Shown here one piece after another: positions 40,854 to 50,440 of a stretch of 64,000 bases of DNA. The first letter of the stretch is position 1, and each line of letters begins with the position of its first letter. A program made the position numbers and the translations under genes. The notes under the pieces are model-generated. The model was not told the DNA's origin and made no database searches. It worked only from the letters and a program-made list of their open reading frames with translations. The DNA is from Candidatus Zixiibacteriota bacterium (GTDB lineage Bacteria > Zixibacteria > MSB-5A5 > UBA10806 > 4484-95), in NCBI GenBank assembly GCA_037441845.1, contig JBBIRK010000004.1, forward strand, positions 261,678 through 325,677, in the 5' to 3' direction.

Positions 40854-42914
40854 TTAAAAACAATGACCGTCGACAGGCGGCGGGCCGCCCTTGAAAAACG
40901 CCACAAGATAGGTAACATCGCCTCCCCGGTTCTGGCAATCGCCGTTGGCATCAGCCCCCGGATAAAAGCCGTTCACCTCGACGGGAGGAGGTAAGCCCAG
41001 CCCTTTGAAGTATCGAACAAGGTAAGTTACATCCGAACCCATAACCTGAAAATCGCCGTTGACATCGCCGGGAACATAAGAAATCGACGAATCGGTAACC
41101 ACGAAATCCCAGGTTGCGGAACGGGAAGAATATCCATAAAGATTGCGAGCGCTGACCCGCCAGTAATAACGCCCCTCGGCAAACGGGCCTGCGTCAATAT
41201 AATTCGTATCCGTAATGGTGGAATCGACGATCTGCACCGTCGCGAACAATGAATCCGCGGAGATCTCCAAAATATAATTCGATGCTCTTGAGCTTCGCCG
41301 CCACAGGAGATCAACATAACCGGTATCTATCGTTTGTCCATCGGCCGGTGCCACAAGCAACGGCGTTTCCGGATATAATAGTATATCGAAATCCCGAACC
41401 GCGGAACGAGGCGAAACCCCGCCCGAATTCCTCGCCGTGACCCTCCAGTAATATTTCCCCTCGTTAAATCCAATCACATTGGTATAAAACGTGTCCACGA
41501 CGGTCGAATCTCTTTCAAAAATGCTGAAAAAAAGCGAATCCTGTGCTAACTCTAATATATAGCTGGTTGCGGTAATCGCGGGGCGCCAGGCCAATTTGAC
41601 ATGATTGGTATCGAATTGAGCACCATCGACAGGGAATGCAAGCAACGGCGCCGGTGGGGGAGGAGTGCCGATCGGACGAAGTTTGACATTCACCGCAGTC
41701 GGCGGACCGTTAATAACCACGACATTACTGACTGTCAGCGTTTCGTAACCGGATTTCAAAAACCGCAGTGTATATGTGCCCGGCGCCAGAACCCGACGAT
41801 AGCGGCCGAAATCAGGACGCGATAGCCGCGGATTGATATCGGCGTTGATTCTTTCCAACACTTGGACTTCGGCCTCGAGCGGCAGGTCGGTGAGCGAATC
41901 CCTGATTATTCCGGTGATTCCGGGGCCGAGAATGCGCTGCAACAGATAATATTCCCCGGGTAGATGACGCGCTACTACGCCATCCACAAGCGAAGTGTCT
42001 TGTATGGTGGTATCCGAAATTTCCACCGAGAAGGAGACGGTGCCGAAATTGCCATAAAAATAAGTTTTGAAATCACCCTTGTTTACCAGGGCGCGCCGCG
42101 CCTCATAGCAGGAATCGCCGGCATCGTTTACGATGCGCAAACAATAGGCATCGCAAATCTGCTTCATCAACGCTTCATCGGGCGCAAAACCATGCCCTCC
42201 GTCGGAAGGATACCAGTACCAGTTATAATACGCCACTTCGGATCGGCCGTAAGTCGGTGAATGGTAGTCGAGAGCCAGAAGCGGGCGATATTCCCAAGCA
42301 AAAGCGGCTATGGCGATATTCTCCGTTTGTGTGAAAGGAGCGGCCCCTTTATACATCAAGCTTTCCGGCGTGGTGGCGGCAGGATCGGTATCGATGCTCC
42401 AACCGAAATCGTAATTACGATTATTATCCACTCCGTCATGATAGTCGAATATACCGTTATGGTCGTTATCGCATTTGTTTTTCCGCCAAGCCAGGTCGCC
42501 CTGCTCGACAACGATATGCCCTTCCGGATTTATAAACGGCACCACGAATATCTCGATATTATTGACATAATTTATTGCAGCGGTATCGCCCAGATTGTAT
42601 TTGTGGACTATATCCTTTGCAAAACCCAATGCCACTTCCACGCCCAAAATTTCGTCCGCATGGACGCCGGCGCAGTAAAAAGCGGCCGGTTCGTCTTCCT
42701 TAGCCCCGACATTATCGGATATCTTCAATGCCCAAATAACGACAGAATCTCTGGTTGAGTATCCGATCGAATCCAGGCGGCAAATCGCCGGGTTGCTCGA
42801 TGCCAGACTATCCAATTCGGAAATCGCTTCCGAATAGGTGTGATACTTATCCGGAAATGTCTGGCCTAAAGCGCTGCCCGCAAGTAGAAGCAAAATCGCC
42901 AAGAAGTTTTTCAT
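40854..42914 (-). CDS. secreted M14 zinc carboxypeptidase with two Fn3-like repeats and a dockerin-like domain
   Basis: Signal peptide from ATG 42914. HADE, WRKN, DNNRNY, DYHS, SVEI. YYWRV repeats. GDVNGD/DANGD pair. Confidence 0.88.
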   Translation of the reverse strand: MKNFLAILLLLAGSALGQTFPDKYHTYSEAISELDSLASSNPAICRLDSIGYSTRDSVVIWALKISDNVGAKEDEPAAFYCAGVHADEILGVEVALGFAKDIVHKYNLGDTAAINYVNNIEIFVVPFINPEGHIVVEQGDLAWRKNKCDNDHNGIFDYHDGVDNNRNYDFGWSIDTDPAATTPESLMYKGAAPFTQTENIAIAAFAWEYRPLLALDYHSPTYGRSEVAYYNWYWYPSDGGHGFAPDEALMKQICDAYCLRIVNDAGDSCYEARRALVNKGDFKTYFYGNFGTVSFSVEISDTTIQDTSLVDGVVARHLPGEYYLLQRILGPGITGIIRDSLTDLPLEAEVQVLERINADINPRLSRPDFGRYRRVLAPGTYTLRFLKSGYETLTVSNVVVINGPPTAVNVKLRPIGTPPPPAPLLAFPVDGAQFDTNHVKLAWRPAITATSYILELAQDSLFFSIFERDSTVVDTFYTNVIGFNEGKYYWRVTARNSGGVSPRSAVRDFDILLYPETPLLVAPADGQTIDTGYVDLLWRRSSRASNYILEISADSLFATVQIVDSTITDTNYIDAGPFAEGRYYWRVSARNLYGYSSRSATWDFVVTDSSISYVPGDVNGDFQVMGSDVTYLVRYFKGLGLPPPVEVNGFYPGADANGDCQNRGGDVTYLVAFFKGGPPPVDGHCF

Positions 42915-43149
42915 TTTAAAGCACTTGCTGAAATATATACAACGATCCAAAATGCGTCAATCATTTTTCATCGACCATTATTGGCGTTATCGGCCGCAAG
43001 AAGCTGATAGTTGAAATCAGATATTAAAACAAATTATTCGCCCGAATCGCTGCAACCGAAACAGATTATTCCAATTTTCCTTCAAGCCGGAAAATGGGCT
43101 TGCAGCGGCTTATATCGGATTATATATTCCCACCTGCAAATTCGATTTC

Positions 43150-43232
43150 GCCGGAGTGGTGGAATTGGCAGACACGCTGTGTTCAGGGCGCAGTGGCCAC
43201 AAGCCGTGGGGGTTCAAATCCCCCCTCCGGCA
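43150..43232 (+). tRNA. tRNA-Leu(CAG)
   Basis: GCCGGAGTGGTGGAATTGGCAGACACGCTGTGTT-CAG-GGCGCAG, variable arm, GTTCAAATC. CCA not encoded. Confidence 0.95.
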
Positions 43233-43302
43233 ACGACAAAAATCAATCCCCGATAACTGATAAATCGATTCTTGCAAAATCCCTATTAATGCGGCTCGGA
43301 TT

Positions 43303-44808
43303 TCATTTTATCATCACCAGCTTGACATGGCAGCTTGTTCCCGAGCCCCGCATCACACCGAAATAAATCCCGCTGCTCAATGGCGTCCCATGCTCGTCGG
43401 CACCATCCCACAATATTCTATATACTCCAGGTCCATAGTCATGCAGGGGAAAATCCCTGACCTTCCGACCGGTCACATCGATTATAGACAAACGGAAATC
43501 CCCCGGCGTCTCGATTCTGAAACTGATATTCGTGGAGGAATTGAATGGATTCGGATAACAACTCAATAAGGAATATTTTTCGGGGAGGTAGCCTGCATCG
43601 AAAATTCCGGTGCCCGATAGATAGATACTGTCCATCGCCGTTAACACAGTATCCCGCCCATCCGAAAATTGATAATAGTAATAATGAACCCCCTCACCCG
43701 GCCAGGGCAGAATGTATTCGAACTCCGAACTATCGACATAGCGATGATCGAAGCTTCCCATGTCATAGACACCGCGATCGAAATACAACTTACGCAGTTT
43801 CGGCAGATTGTTGTCGGCGTCCGCATAATGCGCTTTCGCCCTAAGGCTGATATTTGGTGTTTGATCGAATGCCCAGTCGAACAAACGGGGGGACTGATTT
43901 TGATTGAAGCTCAAAGTCTGAGTTCTCGGTTCGTAAAAAGACGGTGTCGTGAAATCGTTAAGTGAGGGTGATGTCAAAGTCCCGGAAAGCGTGACTGCGT
44001 TCGAAATCATGTAACCGTAGGTCGGAGGCCACTCTGACCAGTCGGGATCCGCCGTCAAGTCGGAGATGGCGCAGGACATATATAACCTTCCTCCGGATAT
44101 GCTATATGATACATTGCCGATATGGGTGAAACTGGTATCTATTAAATTAATTTTATACAGGCCGGGGGAGACAATAGGGAAAAGATTAATGTAAACCATG
44201 GCGAAAAGGGTGGACGAATTGCCTGCCGGGTCGATCATGCCGAGTGCGTAGAGATAAAGGGTATCACGGCTATTTGCGGGCCAGGTTCCGGAAACATTGC
44301 TCAAATAGCCATATAACCGGCTGCTGGAGTATGTCATGCCCGAACCGGTCAGGTCGAGCCATGCACCGTGAGATCCCGGAAGCGTATCATTGGCGGGATC
44401 ATCGGCTAATTCAGCGTAATCGGATACCGACGGAGATCCGGCTCCCGAAAAAAACGGAGATTGAGTCACGACCAACGAATCGTTTCCGGCACGGAAGTAA
44501 TACTGCACAGTTCCCGGATTGACTGTATAATAAAGACGGCATTCGTTGGTCAGTGCATAGTGGGGATCACCGGTGATTGGGACCATCGGCACTTCACTGA
44601 ACGCGCCCTGTCCCTGATTCCTATGCCTCATGGTCAAATCGAAACCGGGTAAACCGGTGGGATTGACGAAATCGCAATTAAAATGGACGGTATCGCCGAC
44701 CACACCCGCCGAGGATGCTCCCGAAAAGACGAAATTCTGAGAATTGCCGCTTGCAGCCAGCGATAGTGTTGCGCCGATTACGGCGATTAAATTTGCAATC
44801 CTATACAT
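43303..44808 (-). CDS. secreted protein with FlgD-Ig/T9SS-like C-terminal domain
   Basis: Signal peptide. C-terminus YPNPFNSST...IIDVTGRKV...WDG...SSGIYF...KLVMIK. Confidence 0.8.
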   Translation of the reverse strand: MYRIANLIAVIGATLSLAASGNSQNFVFSGASSAGVVGDTVHFNCDFVNPTGLPGFDLTMRHRNQGQGAFSEVPMVPITGDPHYALTNECRLYYTVNPGTVQYYFRAGNDSLVVTQSPFFSGAGSPSVSDYAELADDPANDTLPGSHGAWLDLTGSGMTYSSSRLYGYLSNVSGTWPANSRDTLYLYALGMIDPAGNSSTLFAMVYINLFPIVSPGLYKINLIDTSFTHIGNVSYSISGGRLYMSCAISDLTADPDWSEWPPTYGYMISNAVTLSGTLTSPSLNDFTTPSFYEPRTQTLSFNQNQSPRLFDWAFDQTPNISLRAKAHYADADNNLPKLRKLYFDRGVYDMGSFDHRYVDSSEFEYILPWPGEGVHYYYYQFSDGRDTVLTAMDSIYLSGTGIFDAGYLPEKYSLLSCYPNPFNSSTNISFRIETPGDFRLSIIDVTGRKVRDFPLHDYGPGVYRILWDGADEHGTPLSSGIYFGVMRGSGTSCHVKLVMIK

Positions 44809-44811
44809 AGC

Positions 44812-45228
44812 CTACTCCTCATCATTGCATTCTTTAAGTTCAATCAGGACGCCGCCGAACGATCTCGGATGAATGAACGCCACCCGACTTCCGGACGCGC
44901 CCGCTCTGGGTATTTTATCCAACATTTCAAATCCGTTTTCGTTCAAATGACCGATAGCGTCTTCGATATTTTCCACTTTCACACAAATATGATGAATACC
45001 ATCACCGCGCGTGGCCAAAAAGCGAGAAATCGCCGATTCTTCTGAGGTCGGCTCGACCAGTTCCACCTTCGTATTTTTGAAATCCATAAAACCTATTTTT
45101 AGATGACGGTCGGGTATGTTTTCACTGCCGCTCATCTCGATTGCCAGCCCCGACTGAAAAAAGGAAGCGAGCTTGTCAATCGATTTAACGGCTATCGCTA
45201 TGTGGTCTATCCCTTTAACTTTTATCAT
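44812..45228 (-). CDS. mce: methylmalonyl-CoA epimerase
   Basis: IDHIAIAV, ELVEP, GIHHIC, AFIHP, GVLIEL. Confidence 0.92.
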   Translation of the reverse strand: MIKVKGIDHIAIAVKSIDKLASFFQSGLAIEMSGSENIPDRHLKIGFMDFKNTKVELVEPTSEESAISRFLATRGDGIHHICVKVENIEDAIGHLNENGFEMLDKIPRAGASGSRVAFIHPRSFGGVLIELKECNDEE

Positions 45229-45238
45229 ACTACGAGTC

Positions 45239-46819
45239 CTACTTAAAGTTTTCCTTGTATTCACCCCAAAGTCTTCTCAACACCCCGCAGATTTCACCGA
45301 TACTGCAGTAGTTTTCCACGCATTGCAATACCGCCGGCATCAGATTGGCCTTCTCGGTGGCGGCGCTCTCCAAAGCGTCCAGAGATTCATCGACCTTGTT
45401 CTGGTCTCTCGATGAGCGAATCTCCCGAAGAAATTCAGCCTGACGCAATCCGACCGACTCATCGACTTTTAATATCTCCGACGGAGCCGAATCTTCGGAA
45501 TCGAGTTGGTACTTATTGACGCCGACCACCACTTGAATTCCCTTTTCTATCGCCAATTGCGTCTCATAGGCCGATTTCTGTATTTCTTTCTGAAAATACC
45601 CGCTCTGTACCGCATTGAGCGCCCCGCCGAGCCGTTCGATTTCGCCCAAGTACTCCGATATTTTTTCGATCAATCTATCGGTCAAATATTCAACGTAATA
45701 TGATCCGGCCAACGGATCGACCGTTTCCGCCACGCCCGATTCGCCGGCTATGATCTGCTGGGTTCTCAAGGCGATTCGGGCGGCTTTTTCGCTCGGAAGC
45801 GCAAGTGCCTCGTCATAAGAATTAGTATGCAGCGATTGAGTACCTCCTAGGACCGCCGCCAGGGCCTGCAAGGCAACCCTGACGATATTGTTCTCCGGCT
45901 GTTGGGCGGTCAGGGTGGAACCGGCTGTCTGAGTATGGAAACGAAGCATACACGAACGGTCGTCTTTGGCGCCGAATCGCTCCCGAATCAGTTTCGCCCA
46001 GATGAACCTGGCGGCCCTGAATTTGGCGCATTCCTCGAACAGGTCGTTATGAGCGTTGAAAAAAAACGAAATCTGGGGGGCAAAATCATCGATTGCAAGG
46101 CCGGCCTCGAGAGCGGATTCGATATAACAGACGGCATTGGCGAAAGTGAAAGCGACCTCCTGCGCCGCCGTCGAGCCAGCCTCCCGGATATGATATCCTG
46201 ATATCGAAATCGGATTCCATTGTGGTATTTCTTTACGACAATAAGCGATTAGATCGGTTATCAGTCGCAGCGACGGCTCCGGAGGAAATATGTATGTTCC
46301 TCGGGCGATATATTCTTTCAAAATATCGTTCTGAACCGTACCTCGCAGTTTCGCCGGCTCGACACCTTGTTTCCGCGCCACGACCACATACATCGCCAGC
46401 AGAATCATCGCCGTCGAATTTATGGTCATCGACGTGGAGACTTTGTCCAACGGAATTCCCGCAAACAGCCTTTCCATATCGGCCAGAGTATCGATAGCCA
46501 CGCCCGTCTTGCCGACTTCGCCGAGAGCACGCGGGTCATCGGAATCGTACCCGATTTGAGTGGGTAGGTCAAACGCCACCGACAGCCCGGTGATTCCGCT
46601 GTCCAGAAGGTATCTATAGCGCTTGTTGGATTCCTCGGCAGTTCCGAAACCGGCATATTGCCTGATCGTCCAGATTCGTTCCCGATACATCCCCGGATGA
46701 ATGCCTCGCAAAAAGGGAAATTTCCCGGGCTCGGGCGATTTTTCGATGGCGTTATCCGGTTCCAAACCCCGCAAGAACTCGGGTTTAACTATTCCTGAAG
46801 CTGTAACGAAATTTCTCAT
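45239..46819 (-). CDS. methylmalonyl-CoA mutase large (substrate-binding) subunit
   Basis: RQYAGFG (Tyr, MCM-type), [23 protein letters not shown]. No B12 domain. Confidence 0.93.
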   Translation of the reverse strand: MRNFVTASGIVKPEFLRGLEPDNAIEKSPEPGKFPFLRGIHPGMYRERIWTIRQYAGFGTAEESNKRYRYLLDSGITGLSVAFDLPTQIGYDSDDPRALGEVGKTGVAIDTLADMERLFAGIPLDKVSTSMTINSTAMILLAMYVVVARKQGVEPAKLRGTVQNDILKEYIARGTYIFPPEPSLRLITDLIAYCRKEIPQWNPISISGYHIREAGSTAAQEVAFTFANAVCYIESALEAGLAIDDFAPQISFFFNAHNDLFEECAKFRAARFIWAKLIRERFGAKDDRSCMLRFHTQTAGSTLTAQQPENNIVRVALQALAAVLGGTQSLHTNSYDEALALPSEKAARIALRTQQIIAGESGVAETVDPLAGSYYVEYLTDRLIEKISEYLGEIERLGGALNAVQSGYFQKEIQKSAYETQLAIEKGIQVVVGVNKYQLDSEDSAPSEILKVDESVGLRQAEFLREIRSSRDQNKVDESLDALESAATEKANLMPAVLQCVENYCSIGEICGVLRRLWGEYKENFK

Positions 46820-46909
46820 AACTTACCTTACTTGGTTGCCTGCACTTCTTGAATATAATCAAATTGAAAATAAAATAAAGCGCTTATTTATCAGGTGGTT
46901 ACGAACTGA

Positions 46910-48292
46910 TCAGCTGCGGTTGTCGCTGGGCAATTTGAGATCGAACCGTTCGATCTTGCGGTATAAGGTCGAAACATCGATACCCAACAGCTTCGCCGCT
47001 TTCGATTTCTGCCAGCCACACTCTGCAAGCGTATAGAATATATATGCTTTTTCAATCGTTTCCAACTCGGGCAAATTTCCTGAATTTAATGATATCGATA
47101 ATTGCTTATCGGTTTCACCATGCAAATCGGGCATATCGGCAGGCCGGATATATTTGCCTTTGGCCATTATAACCGCCCGCTCGAGGATATTCTCCAGCTG
47201 GCGGACGTTTCCCGGCCATGAGTATTGCTTGAGTAGTTCGATAGATTCAGGCATCAACTCTTTTTCCGGGATTTCCAACTTGGCGCAATGCCTTTTGATG
47301 AAATAATTCGCCAGAATCGGAATATCCGATGGCCGTTCCCGCAAAGGAGGAATCGTAAATGGAAAAACGTTTAAGCGATAGTAAAGATCGGGCCTGAAAC
47401 GTCCTCTTTGGACCATGGTCTCGAGCTCGGCGTTGGTGGCCGCTATGATACGAACATCGACCGTGCGCCCCTTGGTGGCGCCGACCGGCATAACGATCTT
47501 TTCCTCGAGCGCTCTCAATAATTTGACCTGGATCGCCGGCGAGGTTTCGCCGATCTCATCGAGAAACAGGGTTCCGCCATCGGCGGCGGCGAATAGTCCG
47601 TCTTTGTCCCTGATTGCTCCACTGAACGATCCTTTCACGTGGCCGAAAAGCTCGGATTCGAGCAATGTTTCCGGAACCGCGCCGCAATTTACGGATACGA
47701 AAGGAGCTTTGCTTCTATTTCCGGCCGTATGAATAGCACGCGCCAGTACTTCTTTTCCCACACCCGATTCCCCCAATATCAGCACGGTCGCATCGGAATC
47801 GGCCACTTTTCGGGCGAGATCGATGACCTTAAGAGTCCGCGGATCGGAGGTGATAAAACTTTCGAACCCGGTTTTCAGTTGGGCTTTTAGGATTCGATTC
47901 TCGTTCTGGATTTTCTTTCGCTCTTCGATCTTTTTTATGGCGATTTTGACCTCGTCCACCTTAAAAGGCTTGGTAACATAATCGAAAGCTCCTTTTTTCA
48001 AGGCCTCTATCGCGGTTTCCACCGAGGCGAATGCGGTCATGACTATGAAATCGAGCTCGGAATCGAGCGATCTGGCTTTCGTGAGGAGATCTATCCCGGA
48101 CATTTCCGGCATCATCAGATCGGAAATAACCAGATCGATTTTTTTGTTTTCCTCACGCGCTTTATGCAAGACCTCAATAGCCTGATTGGCGGAGGTGGAA
48201 TAACTGACGTCATAACCCTCGCGAGAAAGCATGATTTGCATGAACTCGCAAAGGCTTTGTTCGTCATCGACGATGAGTATGCTGGTGGACAT
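46910..48292 (-). CDS. sigma54-dependent response regulator (NtrC/PilR/AtoC family)
   Basis: Receiver domain, GESGVGKE, GSFSGA, FLDEIGE, WPGNVRQL, Fis-type HTH. Confidence 0.95.
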   Translation of the reverse strand: MSTSILIVDDEQSLCEFMQIMLSREGYDVSYSTSANQAIEVLHKAREENKKIDLVISDLMMPEMSGIDLLTKARSLDSELDFIVMTAFASVETAIEALKKGAFDYVTKPFKVDEVKIAIKKIEERKKIQNENRILKAQLKTGFESFITSDPRTLKVIDLARKVADSDATVLILGESGVGKEVLARAIHTAGNRSKAPFVSVNCGAVPETLLESELFGHVKGSFSGAIRDKDGLFAAADGGTLFLDEIGETSPAIQVKLLRALEEKIVMPVGATKGRTVDVRIIAATNAELETMVQRGRFRPDLYYRLNVFPFTIPPLRERPSDIPILANYFIKRHCAKLEIPEKELMPESIELLKQYSWPGNVRQLENILERAVIMAKGKYIRPADMPDLHGETDKQLSISLNSGNLPELETIEKAYIFYTLAECGWQKSKAAKLLGIDVSTLYRKIERFDLKLPSDNRS

Positions 48293-48477
48293 ATGGCGCC
48301 AGGTCCTTACAGAGGCAACGGGGCCGGCGACGACGGCCGCCCGAATGCCGCCTTATGCTAATTGTTTCGGAAGTCGAGCTTGTCGCCTTTAACTATGATG
48401 CTTGTTAATCTTGAAAAGCTGCAAACGTTATGATGTTGCCGGCATCGGCGCGATCGCGATGGCAGTAAAAATAAATC

Positions 48478-48544
48478 TTGATTATTACAATGTGATTTAA
48501 TAAATTAACAAATTCGGGGAGTGGGTTGACAGGCCCACTCTTTT
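48478..48544 (+). promoter_or_regulatory. rimP operon promoter and leader hairpin
   Basis: TTGATT-N17-TAAATT (48478-48506), then GAGTGGG-ttgacagg-CCCACTC-TTTT, resembling the leader hairpin conserved before rimP. Confidence 0.7.
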
Positions 48545-48566
48545 GATTAACAGCGGGTTGGCAAGA

Positions 48567-49013
48567 ATGGAATTGCACGAAAGACTGAATGAGGAGTTCT
48601 CGCGGATCGCCGAAACCATGAATATCGAATTAGTGGAAGTCAAACTAATTCCCATGGGCGGCCGCCTGGTGATCAGGGCGATTATACATAAGCCGGGAGG
48701 AGTCACCATCGCCGATTGCCGCAACGCCTCGAACGCTTTCTCCGATTTTCTGGATATCGAGAACTTGATCGATGGCAGATATGTGCTTGAGGTTTCATCG
48801 ATCGGCCTGGACACTCCTCTATTGAAACCAGCCGATTACCGCAGAAGATTGGGGGAGTCGGTCAGATTGGAAATGAAGCCCGGGCGTTTCCCGGGAAATA
48901 TCCTCGATGGTAAAGTGCTGTCGGCGGAGGAAACGACGCTAATTTTGGAAACAGAGGGTCAAATATTGAACCTTGATTACGGCGAAATAATCAGGGGAAA
49001 AATTATCTATTAG
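48567..49013 (+). CDS. rimP: ribosome maturation factor RimP
   Basis: GGVTIADC, YVLEVSS.GLD.PL, upstream of nusA. Confidence 0.93.
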   Translation: MELHERLNEEFSRIAETMNIELVEVKLIPMGGRLVIRAIIHKPGGVTIADCRNASNAFSDFLDIENLIDGRYVLEVSSIGLDTPLLKPADYRRRLGESVRLEMKPGRFPGNILDGKVLSAEETTLILETEGQILNLDYGEIIRGKIIY

Positions 49014-49034
49014 CCAACCGGCGGAGGCATAATC

Positions 49035-50384
49035 ATGCAATACGATATTTTAGAGGCATTAACGCAAATCTCCAGGGAGAAAAACCTCAAACTCGAATAT
49101 GTTCTCGAAACCGTCGAGTCCGCGCTGGTGGCCGCCGCGCGTAAAAAATATACGACTAACGAGTCTATCCGGGCGGAAATCGACAGGATCACCGGCGAAA
49201 TTAAGATGTATTGCACGAAAAAAGTGGTCGAAAACGTCACCGATCCCATGGTGGAAGTCAGCGTGAAGACCGCCGAGGAGCACTACCGCGACGTGGAAAT
49301 CGGACAGGAGCTCGATTTCGAAATCGATTTCGCTGAATTCGGTCGTAATGCGATCGCCTCCGCCAAACAGATCCTTATCCAGAAAGTCAGAGAGGCCGAA
49401 AGAGAACAAATTATCGAGGAATTCAGCAAAAAAATCAACGAGTTGGTCAGCGGCACGGTGCAGCAGATCGACAAGGGGAATATTATTGTAAACTTGGGTC
49501 ACGCCGAAGGGATAATTCTTATCAAGGACCAGATAAAAAAAGAAAAATTCCGCCAGGGCGATAGAATCAAGGCGATTATTTACGACGTTCAAAGATCCAA
49601 TCGCGGCCCTCAGATCAACCTATCTCGGGCTTCCACCGATTTCCTTAAAAAGCTGTTTGAACAAGAGGTGCCCGAAATCGCCGAAAAAATAATCGAAATC
49701 AAGGCCATTGCCCGGGAGCCGGGAGAACGGAGCAAGGTCGCCGTTTATTCGAATGACGATCGTATCGACGCTGTGGGCGCATGCGTCGGCGTCAAGGGAG
49801 TTAGGGTGCAGAATATCGTGCGTGAATTGAACAACGAAAGAATCGATATTGTCCCCTGGTCGTCCGAACCGATGATTTTCGTCACTAAAAGTCTCGCCCC
49901 CGCCAAAATTGTCCATGTCGATATCTATAACGAAGAGAAAAAGATGCTGGTGGTGGTCGACGACGACAAGTTGTCGTTGGCGATCGGCAAGGCCGGTCAA
50001 AACGCCAGGTTGGCGGCGAAATTGACCGGCTGGAAAATCAACATAATGTCCGAGACCGAGTATAACGCCTTGCGGCAAACCGAAGAGATGGAAAAGGTGG
50101 ATATAGAGGCGATCAAGGAAATCACCGACAAGACGCGTTCCAAGCTGCTGTCGGTCGGCATCGAAACCGCCCAGGATATCATCAGCAAAGGCAAAGATAA
50201 ATTAGTTGAGATAGAGGGAATCGGCGATAAGACGGCCGATCGCCTTATCGAGATCGCCACGGCTGCTATCGAAAAGAAACTCGCTGAAATCGAAAAAGCG
50301 GCCGCCGAGGGGACCGGAGAAAAACGAGTCGAATACGAATTTTCACCCACCGACTCCGACACTCCCAGGCCGGAAGATTATTGA
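49035..50384 (+). CDS. nusA: transcription factor NusA
   Basis: FGRNAIASAKQ, AREPGERSKVAV, AIGKAGQNARLA, C-terminal HhH. Confidence 0.98.
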   Translation: MQYDILEALTQISREKNLKLEYVLETVESALVAAARKKYTTNESIRAEIDRITGEIKMYCTKKVVENVTDPMVEVSVKTAEEHYRDVEIGQELDFEIDFAEFGRNAIASAKQILIQKVREAEREQIIEEFSKKINELVSGTVQQIDKGNIIVNLGHAEGIILIKDQIKKEKFRQGDRIKAIIYDVQRSNRGPQINLSRASTDFLKKLFEQEVPEIAEKIIEIKAIAREPGERSKVAVYSNDDRIDAVGACVGVKGVRVQNIVRELNNERIDIVPWSSEPMIFVTKSLAPAKIVHVDIYNEEKKMLVVVDDDKLSLAIGKAGQNARLAAKLTGWKINIMSETEYNALRQTEEMEKVDIEAIKEITDKTRSKLLSVGIETAQDIISKGKDKLVEIEGIGDKTADRLIEIATAAIEKKLAEIEKAAAEGTGEKRVEYEFSPTDSDTPRPEDY

Positions 50385-50440
50385 GGCGAATTTTTGATTG
50401 TCGCACGGATAGATTGGGCTCTTACCGCCGCGGAGGATGA

